In this document: piece by piece, positions 12,251 to 23,862 of the stretch
Layout of the letters: each line of letters opens with the position of its first letter
Numbering within the stretch: position 1 is the stretch's first letter
Assembly: GCA_020891255.1 (NCBI GenBank)
Contig: BQFW01000001.1
Span: 310,001-374,000, forward strand
Direction of reading: 5' to 3'
Source of the DNA: Entomortierella parvispora E1425
Taxonomy: Eukaryota; Fungi; Mortierellomycota
Length of the DNA stretch: 64,000 bases
Notes under the pieces: model-generated
The model's database searches: none
Seen by the model: only the letters and a program-made list of their open reading frames with translations
Told to the model about the DNA's origin: nothing
Position numbers and translations under genes: made by a program

Positions 12251-12734
12251 CAAGATACTCTATCCAAGTAGTGACCAGATATACGAAGCTGTGTATGGTT
12301 TACATAATGCCTACAGGTAACAACCATAAAGCAAAAAGGACAAGCATGGCACGTTTGTTACCTGTGAAGTGGGTGCGGTGAGAAAGAAAGATGAACGATG
12401 GAGAAGAGCGGGAGCCTACGTCTGAGCCCAAGACGGCGGACAGAAGTGGTTTGGGGTACGAGTTGTGGTTGGTGTCAATGCTAATGGGCGATGGCCAATG
12501 GTGGGTGGAAAAAAGCAATGTGGCCATATTGGGACGCGCCAAATGAACGGGCCTCAATCACGCCACGTCACGTGCGAGTGGTGGGCGGAATGTGGGCTGA
12601 ATGAAGGCTGTGAGGAGTGAGCAACTTTTTTTCTTTATCTCTCTCTCTGTCTGTCTCTCTGTCTTTCTCTCCCTCTCTTTCTCTCTCTTTCTCTCTCTCG
12701 ATCAACATCCATTCTCAACTTCATTTCCTCGTCC

Positions 12735-14435
12735 ATGAATCTACCGCCAGAGATCGTCCATCATTTCGGTGAGTACCTTACCTCCCGTCATCTGGTGTCT
12801 GCCATTCGCGTCTGCAAGCGATGGCATGATGTCCTGATGCCATTTCTCTACTGCTCCATCGACAGTCAAGACGACATCTCGCGTGAGTCATTGGTTCGTA
12901 ATGGTCATCTCATTCGGAACCTCAACCTCTTCCTCGAACCATCTGCAGTTAATCTGTTCCTTGGACAGGACCTTACCCATCCCTGGATATGCAACCTCAC
13001 TTATCTCTCTCTCAGGGACGAGGCAGGGGCGTATTTCAAAGACGTCCCCATTTACGACATGCACGAGAGTGACGACGACGATTCCACCCACTCTGATAGA
13101 GACGATAATGACGGAGACGACATGGGAGAGAACGGTGACCACAGTGATCCCAATGCTGGCAACATGATCAAGGAGGACATCAAATATACGGCACAAGTCG
13201 TGGCGTTTATGAAGCAAAACAAGAACCTTTCAGAGATCGCTGTCAAAGGCTGCGACTCACGTCTGGACTGGGGACCAATCTTCGAGCACTGCCCGTCCAC
13301 TCTCAAGGCGCTTACAGTAATTCAGGTGACGCTCACTGACCGGGACATGCAACGGTTCTTTGCCTTCGGCCCCCAATTGTCAAAGCTGGGAATCATTGCT
13401 TCTTCGATATTCGTGAAAGAAGCGGGAGGAGCGCCTGGTTCATTTACTCTATTTCCATCCGGACATGGACCCACATTCCCCAATTTGGTTCAATTGACTA
13501 TTGACAATGTGCTGTGCGAGTTCGACATGCCCGCATGGATATCCAACTGCCCTGAAGTCAAGAGTCTGACGTGGAATTATATTGCATACACAGAGACAAA
13601 GCTCCTTCCTTCATCATCCGTCCCTTGGTTCACACAAACAATCAAAGCCCCAATTTGGTCACAGATTCAAAGTCTCCAGCTGAGCTTTCCTCTCAAAGGA
13701 CTGTTGACGGATGCCCGAATAGCTCAGGTCTTGGATGGATGCGCACCTCTCACGGCGTGCATTTTATCGGGCTCTGAGATGTGGCTAAAGTCCATGGATT
13801 CACTGAAACGTCACTATCCAACACTGGAGAGGGTCAACATGACAGAGTGCCCAAATACCCGAAGCTGGATGTACCAAGCCATATTGACGTCCTGTTCTAA
13901 GCTCCGAGACTTTTCAGCAGGCACCCTGGACGCTGCCGAACTGGTGACCACCGATGATGCTATGAAAGATCGGACCCAGATTTTGTTTGCTGAAATGAGA
14001 AGAGACCTGCTGCTCATCGAACCTGGAGCCGTTCCCAGGGACATGAGGATGGTGACCCATCATTCACAAAGGGATATCTCCAAGGTCCTTCGCTGGGTGT
14101 GCGTCGGTCTTCAGTCGTTGAAGTTGGGTATCAAGGGTGTGAAAGACGGATGGGACCAACAGATCTTTGCCCAGATCTCCAAATTAGAAAGGCTAAAGGA
14201 ACTGGATGTGAGTGTGGGCAGAGGCACACAACAGGCACTTGAAGACAGAGGTCTCGACTTTCGGCTTCAATCTGGACTCGGTCTTTTGGAGACCATAAAG
14301 TGGCTCACAAAGGTCAAATTTGATGATTGTTACCAAGAGAATCAAGATTTTGGATCCGCCGATCACGCATGGCTCTTGGAGCAATGGCCTTATCTCACCA
14401 TGGTGAATGATGTCCCAACTGGCTTTCGTTTATGA
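12735..14435 (+). CDS. F-box / LRR (RNI-like) protein, 566 aa
   Basis: N-terminal F-box LPPEIVHHFGEYL...IRVCKRWH, followed by degenerate leucine-rich repeats. Confidence 0.85.
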   Translation: MNLPPEIVHHFGEYLTSRHLVSAIRVCKRWHDVLMPFLYCSIDSQDDISRESLVRNGHLIRNLNLFLEPSAVNLFLGQDLTHPWICNLTYLSLRDEAGAYFKDVPIYDMHESDDDDSTHSDRDDNDGDDMGENGDHSDPNAGNMIKEDIKYTAQVVAFMKQNKNLSEIAVKGCDSRLDWGPIFEHCPSTLKALTVIQVTLTDRDMQRFFAFGPQLSKLGIIASSIFVKEAGGAPGSFTLFPSGHGPTFPNLVQLTIDNVLCEFDMPAWISNCPEVKSLTWNYIAYTETKLLPSSSVPWFTQTIKAPIWSQIQSLQLSFPLKGLLTDARIAQVLDGCAPLTACILSGSEMWLKSMDSLKRHYPTLERVNMTECPNTRSWMYQAILTSCSKLRDFSAGTLDAAELVTTDDAMKDRTQILFAEMRRDLLLIEPGAVPRDMRMVTHHSQRDISKVLRWVCVGLQSLKLGIKGVKDGWDQQIFAQISKLERLKELDVSVGRGTQQALEDRGLDFRLQSGLGLLETIKWLTKVKFDDCYQENQDFGSADHAWLLEQWPYLTMVNDVPTGFRL

Positions 14436-14595
14436 AAATAAAAACTCTTATTTTTTATTTTTTATTCAAGATGTCCGTAGCGTGGTCAGAATGCGTGAAC
14501 CATCATGGCTGAGGCGTTGATTTCCTTCCTTCCAAACAACCTGCTCATTCCATCTATTCCTTCCTGATTTCATCCATTTCAATTCCTTGACCACC

Positions 14596-16284
14596 ATGGA
14601 CGCTCCACTTATTCCGGAGATTATACTAAACTTTGGAATGCACCTCATTCGCCGAGATTTGACCAGCTGCATCCGCGTCTGCCGTGCTTGGCACCAAGTC
14701 CTCGCACCACTCATATATGATACCGTGCATGACCTTCACCAGGGGGAGCAGCCTCCTACTCAGGCTATGGATCGCTACGGGCAACATATACGGTCGCTGC
14801 ATCTGTCAACGGAGAACTTTCGTAGAGTAGCACTCTTCAGGTGGCCCTCGAACCGGTGTCGCAACTTGCAGGAGCTCGCTGTACATGTTTACTGGGACGA
14901 AGACGACCTTTTGGATGACGGATCTCATGAAGAACTGTACATTAAGGATCTGGTCATGCGAAACCCAAGTATATCGAGACTGACCGTCAATGGCAACCAT
15001 GCACCTTTATTTAAAGTATTCGACTGGAATGCAATCTTATTCAGAAATGGCTTGGCCCTGAAGGAGCTTTCTCTTTATAGCGTGTTCCTCAATCTACGAA
15101 GCTTGTGCACCATCTATGACTTCAGCCGCCGTCTTTTCAAACTGGAGCTGGTCGACTGTCAGTGCGAAAAAGTGGCCCTAGACTTCTCGGAGTTTTTCAC
15201 CTCGGACCCTCAGTTCCCAAATCTGATAGAGCTGACCATTGTTGACTTTGACGACAACATCATCGATCTGGAAGAATGGATCCACCACTGCCCAAAACTT
15301 CATTCACTCAAATGGAGTGAAGACATGTGGAGACTGGATTTTGAAAATTGGGCTCAAGCTCCGATCTGGTCCAACCTTCAGAGCATCAACCTGAGAACTA
15401 CGACGTACCGTCATTATTATAGGCCGTTAACGGACAGTCAGGTTTCCTACATCTTGGACGGTTGTGCGCCCTTGAAGAAGTTCTCGGTTGACTCCGTTCA
15501 TCTCTGGATTAGATTTTACAACTCTTTGGAACGGCACTTTGCGACGGTGGAACATATTGAGATCCCACCAACAACCAGCTACAGCATTCCGCAATGGATA
15601 TGGCAAAGGATTCTGACATCTTGTCCCAGGCTGACTTACTTGATGGCGGGAGAACTGAACGCTTGTTTTCTCGGGAACAATCATGCAGCGCGTGCGCGAC
15701 GCGAGCGGGAGCGGCTCTTGGTGGAGAAACGTAATAACGACAGGATCAGGCAAGAGGCAGGACACAGATTTGAAAGCAGATCTTATGATTTGAGGCATTG
15801 GACAGCTTTCAAGAAGGACATGGAGAATGTTCGGCCTTGGGTCTGTCGAAAACTGGAGTCGCTGTACCTGTCTATAGGGGGTATGCCGGAACTATTGGAA
15901 CAAGGTCGATGGGACGAGAGTGTGTTCGCACAGATATCCGGACTGAAGGAACTCAAGGTCCTGGACGTAGCGTCCATTGGTCAACGCGAGGGACTAAACT
16001 TTAGCCTAGTAAGCGGCCTGGGACTACTGAAGGACCTCAAGAACCTGCAGACAGCGAAGTTTCATGAATCGTCTCAGTGGATGAACAAGGAGGATGCATT
16101 ATGGATGCTGGAGCAATGGCCAGATCTCGATCGAGACTCTCAAAACCTCATCAGGAGAGCGGGAAAGATTGCTACGCCGACTTCGAAGGACATATTGTTT
16201 GAGAAGCTAGGCGTGAGGGTGTTGAGAAAAGAAAGGAGGCCAAAGTGGAGCCAACGTGTCCAACACCAAAGATTTCGGTATTAA
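14596..16284 (+). CDS. F-box / LRR protein, paralog 2
   Basis: MDAPLIPEIILNFGMHLIRRDLTSCIRVCRAWH F-box; paralogous to its neighbours. Confidence 0.85.
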   Translation: MDAPLIPEIILNFGMHLIRRDLTSCIRVCRAWHQVLAPLIYDTVHDLHQGEQPPTQAMDRYGQHIRSLHLSTENFRRVALFRWPSNRCRNLQELAVHVYWDEDDLLDDGSHEELYIKDLVMRNPSISRLTVNGNHAPLFKVFDWNAILFRNGLALKELSLYSVFLNLRSLCTIYDFSRRLFKLELVDCQCEKVALDFSEFFTSDPQFPNLIELTIVDFDDNIIDLEEWIHHCPKLHSLKWSEDMWRLDFENWAQAPIWSNLQSINLRTTTYRHYYRPLTDSQVSYILDGCAPLKKFSVDSVHLWIRFYNSLERHFATVEHIEIPPTTSYSIPQWIWQRILTSCPRLTYLMAGELNACFLGNNHAARARRERERLLVEKRNNDRIRQEAGHRFESRSYDLRHWTAFKKDMENVRPWVCRKLESLYLSIGGMPELLEQGRWDESVFAQISGLKELKVLDVASIGQREGLNFSLVSGLGLLKDLKNLQTAKFHESSQWMNKEDALWMLEQWPDLDRDSQNLIRRAGKIATPTSKDILFEKLGVRVLRKERRPKWSQRVQHQRFRY

Positions 16285-16400
16285 AAATATTCCAAATTGC
16301 TCCAGTTCGAGTCTTTCCTCAGAAATGATTGATATATTTTGTCTCTGACGTTTCTCTCTTTCTTTTCTTGCCCCTCGCCCATTTCCACTCCTTGACTATC

Positions 16401-18087
16401 ATGGACCCTCTCGAAATTCCAGAGATCATATTGAACTTTGGAAAGCATCTCATACGCCGAGATCTCACTAGCTGCATCCGCGTCTGCAAGTTGTGGCACC
16501 AAGCTCTCGCGCCTCTGATCTATGACACCGTTCAGGACCTCGGCCATGGATCTCGGCCCTCTTTTCAAGCGGTGGAGCGCTATGGACAACACATCCGGTC
16601 GTTGCATCTGTCAATGGAAGACTTTCGTCGAGTGACTCTCTACAGGGGGTCTTTTCGCTCCAATCGGTGCCGCAATTTGCAAGAGCTTACCCTCCATGTT
16701 AACAAGGAAGATGAGGACCCCAATCAAGAGTGGTACATCGTAGATTTGGTCAAGCGCAACCCAGGACTTTTCAGACTGGCTATCATCGGCCACTACATGC
16801 TCAAGTATAGCCGGTGCATATGGAGCTCGATCCTACTGGAGCATGGCTTGGCTCTGAGGGAACTATCTCTTCGCAACGTTTTAATTTTTAAGGAGACGCG
16901 GTCTGCAATCTATGCCCTGAGCCCTCGACTATGCAAACTGGAGCTGATCGACTGCGAGGTGGACTATGAGATTTTTTGCGATCGCTCCACCTTGACCTCA
17001 GACCCTCAGTTCCCAAATTTGACAGAGCTTTCCATTGACGACGTTTATTGCGATATGGAGCTGGATGATTGGCTCAGTCACTGTCCAAAACTCCACACAT
17101 TGAACTGGATCTGCAGTGAAGAGGAATTGGGTGACCACGACGCCAGACACGTCACTGTGGAAGAATTTGAATTTTGGGCTGAAAAGCCCATTTGGTCCAA
17201 TCTCCACAGCATCGATTTGAGGTGTGTACAGCAACTTGGGGTACTGACAGACACCTCGGTCTCGATGATCCTGGAAAATTGTGCGCCTTTAAGAAAGTTG
17301 ACGATCGACTCTCACCATCTCTGGGTGAGGTTCTACACCGCTCTGGAGAGACACTTTGAAACACTGGAACACATTGAGGTGCCGTTGAGAAGCAATAACA
17401 GCTTGCCACAATGGATGTGGCAAGGGATATTGATATCTTGCCCCCGCTTGATTTGCTTGATAGCTGGGGGGCTGAATGCTTGCCTACTCGACGACAATCC
17501 CACGGCAAAAAGGGGACGGGTACGAGAGCGACGCCGCGAGAATCGAATCATAGACGATAGGATTATGGATGAGAGAAGACGACCCGACCTTGAACCCAGA
17601 CCTTATAATTTAGATTGTTGGTATGATTTTGAGCAGGAGATGGATGGTGTTGATCCTTGGGTCTGTCAGAAATTGGAGACATTGAGTCTGGGTATAGGCG
17701 GTATGCCGAAACTGTTTGCACTGGGACGATGGGACGACAAGGTGTTCGAACGGATCTCAGAGCTGGGAACTCAAGGTCTTGGATGTAGGGACCATCCGTG
17801 AGCACGATGGACTGAACTTTAGTCTCATGAGCGGCCTGGGACAACTGAAAGACCTCAAGAATCTACAGACAGTAAAGTTTCATGAACCGTCTCAATGGAT
17901 GAACAAGGAGGATGCATTGTGGATGCTGGAACAGTGGCCAGATCTCGATCAAGACTCTCAAAACCTCATCCGGAGGGCAGGAAAGATATCCAAGCCAAGC
18001 CTGGAAGAAATCTTGTTTGAGAAGCTCGGTGTTCGAAGGCAAGAAAGAAAGCGGAGACAATACAGGCGATGGTTTTCGTATTATTGA
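16401..18087 (+). CDS. F-box / LRR protein, paralog 3, with a frameshift near 17765 (pseudogene or sequence error)
   Basis: MDPLEIPEIILNFGKHL F-box. The C-terminus (ELKVLDVGTIREHDGLNFSLMSG...) matches paralog 2 but lies in ORF 17716-18087; about 2 nt are missing versus paralog 2. Confidence 0.8.
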
Positions 18088-18344
18088 CCAGGCAGACAGT
18101 TTTTTTAAAAAAAATAAAAAAACGAAGACAACAAGTGCCCAGAGTGTGGTGTGGATAGATCTGAGAGTGAGTGGTGTGGCCAAGGGAGTGGAGGGTTCGT
18201 ATGCTAAAGTTAAGAGTGGGAGCTCCATGGTCGGTGGCCGACTTCATCTCTAAACGCGCGGGATTTTCTGTTGTGCCACTGATTTTCCTTGCCGTCCATG
18301 CCACCACCACCGCCGGGTATGTCGTTCAAGAATTGGAAGTAGGC

Positions 18345-18530
18345 AAGACAATTTTTTTTGTCTCCAGCTCTCTGTTGTCCATGGAGACAAATTTTTTTGT
18401 CTCCAGCTCTCCTCTGTCCATGGAGACAGTCTTTTTTGTCTCTTCCGTGGTCGCGTGCCATGGACAATTTTTTTTGTTATCAGCTCTCTGTGCATAGAGA
18501 CAATTTTTTTTTGTCTCCTTCTCTCCAGCT
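18345..18530. repeat. Degenerate array of palindromic units GGAGACAA-TTTTT-TTGTCTCC, period about 34-40 bp
   Basis: About five units, separated by related 14-18-nt linkers. Confidence 0.75.
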
Positions 18531-19271
18531 TCCAGTTCAGGGACATTTCAATTCTACTTGTGCCTTTACATATTCATCCCGTACCGAGCGAAGATTGCTG
18601 CTACCAGAAGATGACGCTCCAAGGATGAAGAGGGAAAAACGGACGAGGAAGCCATTGAAGAGGGATCACCAGAACCAGTAGGCAGTAGCGCGTTGTAAAC
18701 GTGGTGCCCGGCAGGCAACAGGACTCAACAACCCCTGTGTCGAGCGTCGAGGATCAGCGAGTCAAGTGTCAGAGCAAGAGCATCCAGCCTGCAACATCAT
18801 CATTGACCAGACTAGGACGGTGATAATTTGGCAGTGAGAAGGGAGGAATGGAAGCTGTGAGGAGGAGAAAAGGGAATCAAGGGTGCTGGAGCAGAGATAT
18901 CCAAGGATTCCACTCGCAATTGTCCCTCCCGGTCCTTCGAAAGAGCACAGGTAGGTCGCGACCGTTAAAAAAAAAATCCTTCTCGTGAGGCTTAGCCCGA
19001 GAACGGCCGTTCCGTCCCCGGGAACAGAAGCCCGTTTCAATCACCTGCCAAGGTCTCACCCCAAAAACAGTCGTCATTGTTGGGCTTTTCATTTGCATCA
19101 GACTTCCATTCTTTCATTCCTTCGTTCTTTCCTTCATTCCTTCGTTTATTCACAGCACAGCACTCTCCTACGCACCACAAATGAGCAAATTCAACTATGG
19201 ATACGCCATGAGTATGTTGCCCCGTTCATCACCACAGCTCTAAATCACGGCAGAGACAGACACCCTCTAAC

Positions 19272-19880
19272 ATGTCGTTCCATTCATTAGGCGGCCTTCC
19301 CGGCGACAATCGCATCATTACCCCACCCATGCTGGGCAACAAGATCTCACTCTCTCTCGGCCAAACCTCAACTTTTGTCTTTATCGGCACCAAGGCCGAG
19401 ATCCTGGAATGGTTCCGTACCGTTGGGCCCACCAAAGTCGTCCAGGCCGTGATCTTTCACGATCGTCCCGGCTCCGAGCTCGATATTGTATTTGATCTCT
19501 TGCCTTACCCCAATCCAGATCTGACCTGGATGCAATACTACCAGTCCTTTTACCGATCAGACCCCACGTTAGAGAAGTACCGCTTGGAACTTCGACCTGA
19601 ACAGCCCAAGATTGACGCCGAGATTGAGCCGTTGTACAGGATGTATGCCAAGAGCGGTGTCTGCCTGGGCGATATGGCGGATGCACTGGATAACAAGTGG
19701 TCGCAAACACCCGTCAAGAGCTATTTGGATATGGCCAAGGAGATGTTCTATGAGCGCGAGGATCAACATGAGAGTGCACAGGCAGAGGCGACCCAGACAA
19801 AGAAGTTTGATGAAGAGAGCAAGGACGTCGAGTTGAACGATATCGTGGTTAGCGTTCCTATTGAGAGCAACCGCCCATAG
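19272..19880 (+). CDS. Hypothetical protein, 202 aa, single exon
   Basis: Clean ATG ORF with protein-like composition; no domain recognised. Confidence 0.6.
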   Translation: MSFHSLGGLPGDNRIITPPMLGNKISLSLGQTSTFVFIGTKAEILEWFRTVGPTKVVQAVIFHDRPGSELDIVFDLLPYPNPDLTWMQYYQSFYRSDPTLEKYRLELRPEQPKIDAEIEPLYRMYAKSGVCLGDMADALDNKWSQTPVKSYLDMAKEMFYEREDQHESAQAEATQTKKFDEESKDVELNDIVVSVPIESNRP

Positions 19881-20420
19881 ACCAACCAATCTAGATTGTC
19901 TTTCATCACCCCACGCACATGTACTATACTTTTTCTAAGAAAAAAAAGAACAAAAAAAATCGACAAGTTACCCACATCATGTGATCCTATCTTTTTTGCG
20001 CGTTTACTCGCGCTGCCACAGCTTCTCGCCTACCCCCTCCGCATCTTGAGCAACGTTGCATCGCATGAGCAAACCTGAATGCCAGCATGAATGAGGTGAT
20101 GCGAATCAACAATAAGGGATCACCCCCGTCCTCTGCTCTTTTTGCTCTTGCTGATTTCCATTTTTTTGATGTCAGCCAACACATGGTTTCCAGAACTATC
20201 TGTCGCCTTTTGAGCCAAAGGATCCGTCTCCGCTTTTTCACCATGCCAAGCTGTATGTCAACTGACGCTGCTGTCAAGTCCTCAGAAAACAATGATCGAC
20301 TACTTCTTATATAAACGGCTCTATGACCTCTTGCAGGTATCCTTGAAACTAGGGCACTGATTCTTTGAAAATGCTCTTGTCCAAAACAGGTCCATCCCGT
20401 CAAAAGGAGAATACGACGCT

Positions 20421-22176
20421 TTGACGCCGACCTGTCGACCCATCTTTTCAGATGACGAAGGCCCAAAGATCCCCGCGTTGTTGGACTCTGATCTCGATTA
20501 CGATCTCCTCTCCGGTCCAGACGATGAAGAGTATCAATATGTCGTCCGTGCAGCCAAACTCACCAAGAGTCTATCGGCACTCGAGTATGCGTCGGGTCCA
20601 GACGATGAGAGCGAGGGATCAGCCTCTGCCCGTTCTATCCACGACAGATCGATGTTGGACACTGATCTTGACGACGATGTGTATGACTTTTATGATGATC
20701 CTTCCTCTCCAGTTCTGGATTCGGCTTGGAATAGCGATAACGTTGGCAAGATCCCGTCGAGCACAATGTCCAGAATCATATCACCACAGTCACCTACCCC
20801 CTACAACATCCCAAGGGAGTCTTGGCCAACACAGCCTCTGCAAAAAAAGGAGGATCATGACTTATCCACTTTGACCCTTGGACGACTCTCACCATCAAAA
20901 GTCCACGAGGGTGCCTATGAAGAGCCTGCAGCTCAACAAGCAGGAGGACATGAAGCGGGAGATGAAAAGGCAACACCAGTTGCAACAAACGACAACTTTG
21001 ATGAGGACAGGGAATTAGCACGTCGCCGACCAAAGCCTACGCGGAGTCGCGCCTTACACACCAAACCAACTACGTCCTTTACAACAACGAATGAAAGTCT
21101 TTTGGCAGCTGGTCTAGAGGCTCAAGCTGGCAAAGGTGTAGCGCCGGGGTTGATCGAGGTTCCAATCACCTTGACTGCGACTACGGCTCTGACTGGACAA
21201 GGCGATGGAAGCAGTGCACGTAACATACACCTCGATTTTTTACCATGTACATTCAGAGCTCATAACACGTTTTCTAATGACTCTTTCTTCATTTTCAATT
21301 TGATGATCATTTCCTGTTAGCCCGACGCAGCAATAGGACAAAGATTGCGCCGATGAAATTCTGGGAGAATGAACGTGTTGTTTACGGAAGGTCAAAGGAC
21401 ACTGAAGCACCTGGCCGGAGCATTCGTGCTGTGGTACTCACGCTTCCAAATTCACCAAAGCAATACACTAAGAAAAGAACGCAATCACGGCGTATACGGA
21501 ACCAACCTACAGGCGATCAAAGGGAGGTGCCTCCAAAGATTCCAGTAGTTGCAACTGATTCGGAAGAAGAAGACGTTTTAGATGGACATGAACTGACAGC
21601 AGAGCCGCTCCTGTGCGATATCTACCATCCGGAGACTGGAAAGCAGATTCAAATGGGTAATGCCAATCTCCTTTCTTGCATTGTCAACTAGAGGAAGGAA
21701 GACTTCTGAACGCGATAGTTCAGCCTCACTGACAGTCAGGCCATTTTATTCTTTCTGCTATAGTAGTTGGGCAGAGTCGACGGACGTTTGAGAGCAAGAC
21801 GCTGTCGGACGGCACAGGCTGCTTTTACTTTGGTCTAGGCCAAGACTCTCTTGAATCTGGCATCTTGGATCTGGCGCCTAGACAAAAGAAGGACAACAGC
21901 ACGACAGTGGAGTCTTCTCTTGTAAGAGGTCAGGCATTTGATTTGCTCGTTCACACACTTTCACAGTTGCTGAGACAGACGAGCTGCGCTTCCTTCTTTG
22001 TCGAGGTAGATCATATTCGTTCTGAAGGGAGAGGCCGAAGTTCAGGTCTACGACACGACTTTTATCATGACTACAGGCGATCAATTCATTGTGCCGAGGG
22101 GCAACCCGTACACGATCCAAAACTTGTCAGAGATCGAGTTCTGCCAGCTCCATATCGTGAAGAACCTGACTGGTAG
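20421..22176 (+). CDS. Multi-exon acidic low-complexity hypothetical protein; boundaries approximate
   Basis: Exon-like ORFs at 20421-21220, 21321-21657 and about 21765-22176, separated by GT...AG intervals. Confidence 0.45.
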
Positions 22177-22562
22177 CCACGAGTGGAAATAAAAAAAAAT
22201 AAAACAAAGGATCGACTTTCAGCAACAGCCCAGTACGCGCTGTCTATCAGAGCGATCCGTAGCCAAACTACTTCTGAATCGTGGTTAAAAGTGAAAGCGC
22301 ATCAACGCTGGTGGTGAGGCTGGCCCATCAAGTCGAATGGTTCCACACTGACTCTAAAAAATTGGCGACAGATCTCCGGCAGAGCGTTTTGGTCAAGTTC
22401 AGGTCTGATTGAATCACCTCACTTCTTTCTTTCCTTCCTTGCCTCTCCTTTCATTTCTCCATCTTTTCTCTTTTGGTTTTTTTCTCAGCCTCCTTCAAGA
22501 ACCGAAATATTCCCTTCACTCCTCCTCCTCCACCAATGCAAAACGTAATCCAGATCCCCCAC

Positions 22563-23151
22563 ATGTTCATGCTCCAATATAAACCACAGATCCAAAGGGT
22601 CATCGCATTATCTGCTTTGGTCTGCTTTGCTTTGGATATCTGCACCGCGGTCAAGAAAACATCCGTAGTCTGCTACAAAGACCTCCTCGCCAATATTGGT
22701 GTCGTTGTCATCATCATTACCGATGTCGTCCTCTTGAGGTACTTTTGCAACGCCCAAGCACGACTTCAAATTCCCAGCCAAAGGAGACAGGACACCGCGT
22801 GATTGGAACAAGGTGCCCAAGGAGAAGGATGAGGGACCGTGCCCGGGTTCATTCTTGATGGTCAAAGCGATAAAAGCGATGCTCCTGGGCCCTGTCTTGT
22901 ACTGGCCCATTGACGAGTTCTTGAAGACGAGCCAGATCACATTGCCGTTGCGCCCCACTTGCTCCACACGCGCTGGCGATTATGAAGACGGGTTCTACCG
23001 TGTTTCCCCTTTGATTTCAGACGTGGTCGTATTTTTGCACCTGGCGAGAATAAGGAATGCTATCTGACTGTCCATAGCTGTTCTCATTCTCATGGACATG
23101 CGAATCTCTTTTGGTCGATGGATTCATGGCCGAAAGACTGTGCCCAAGTAG
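22563..23151 (+). pseudogene. Small multi-pass membrane protein family, copy 1 (frameshift near 22757, in-frame TGA near 23065)
   Basis: MFMLQYKPQIQRVIALSALVCFALDI...GDRTPRDWNK...RISFGRW; homologous to 26470-27051. Confidence 0.75.
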
Positions 23152-23862
23152 AGGAGCGCGTATCCTCCCCTGTAACTTTTCCTTTTTTTTTCCGTATTAT
23201 ATAAAAGCATACTCAATCGATCTGAGCACAGTCCTTCTTGTGGAGGCACACACGCAATAGGCACAGCAGACTCTGTCCCCTCAGTGGACCGTGTCCATGC
23301 ACAAAACTTTTTTATGACCCTTCACTTTTCGTTCTTGACTAGCCACTCGTCCCCTCGCCTCCCTCCCTTTTCTTCTCTTCCTCAACATGAGCCAGGAAAA
23401 ATGAAGACAGAAAGAACAGGCGCCGTCATTGTTTATGTATCCCTCGTTCTCGTTATTGCCCTCCCGCCGGCATGCGGATCCCGTTGTCCATGTGTTCATC
23501 TCAGGGTAGCAATGGGACACAGAAGGAGCAATGGGGACTCAGAAGAAGCAGCGGCATCAAGGCACAGGGCAAGATCGAATGTGTGGCTTGGCTTGGCACG
23601 TGATTGTTATTGTTCTGATAAAAATAGTTGGATATATTATAAAAATGCTTGTATAAATTAAATGAGGTTCGTCCAGCTGTTCTGCCATCACAATTGTTAC
23701 GGCCGTCGTCAGATCACTCCAACGACCACCTTGCTGTTGAAGATTTATTCATAGGCTCTTCCTCTTCCAGAGAATGTCGAGACTGATAAGTTCCTCGGTC
23801 GCATTCTTCCCTGTCTGCTGGGTCGTGTTTTTACACAAAGATCGGGTACGAAACTGCTGTTT

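Noticed and set aside
12620-12700. (CT)n tract; also (TTCA)n near 33785-33805 and GCATGGAGGT x3 near 57680
   Set aside because: Ordinary simple repeats in UTR or promoter regions.
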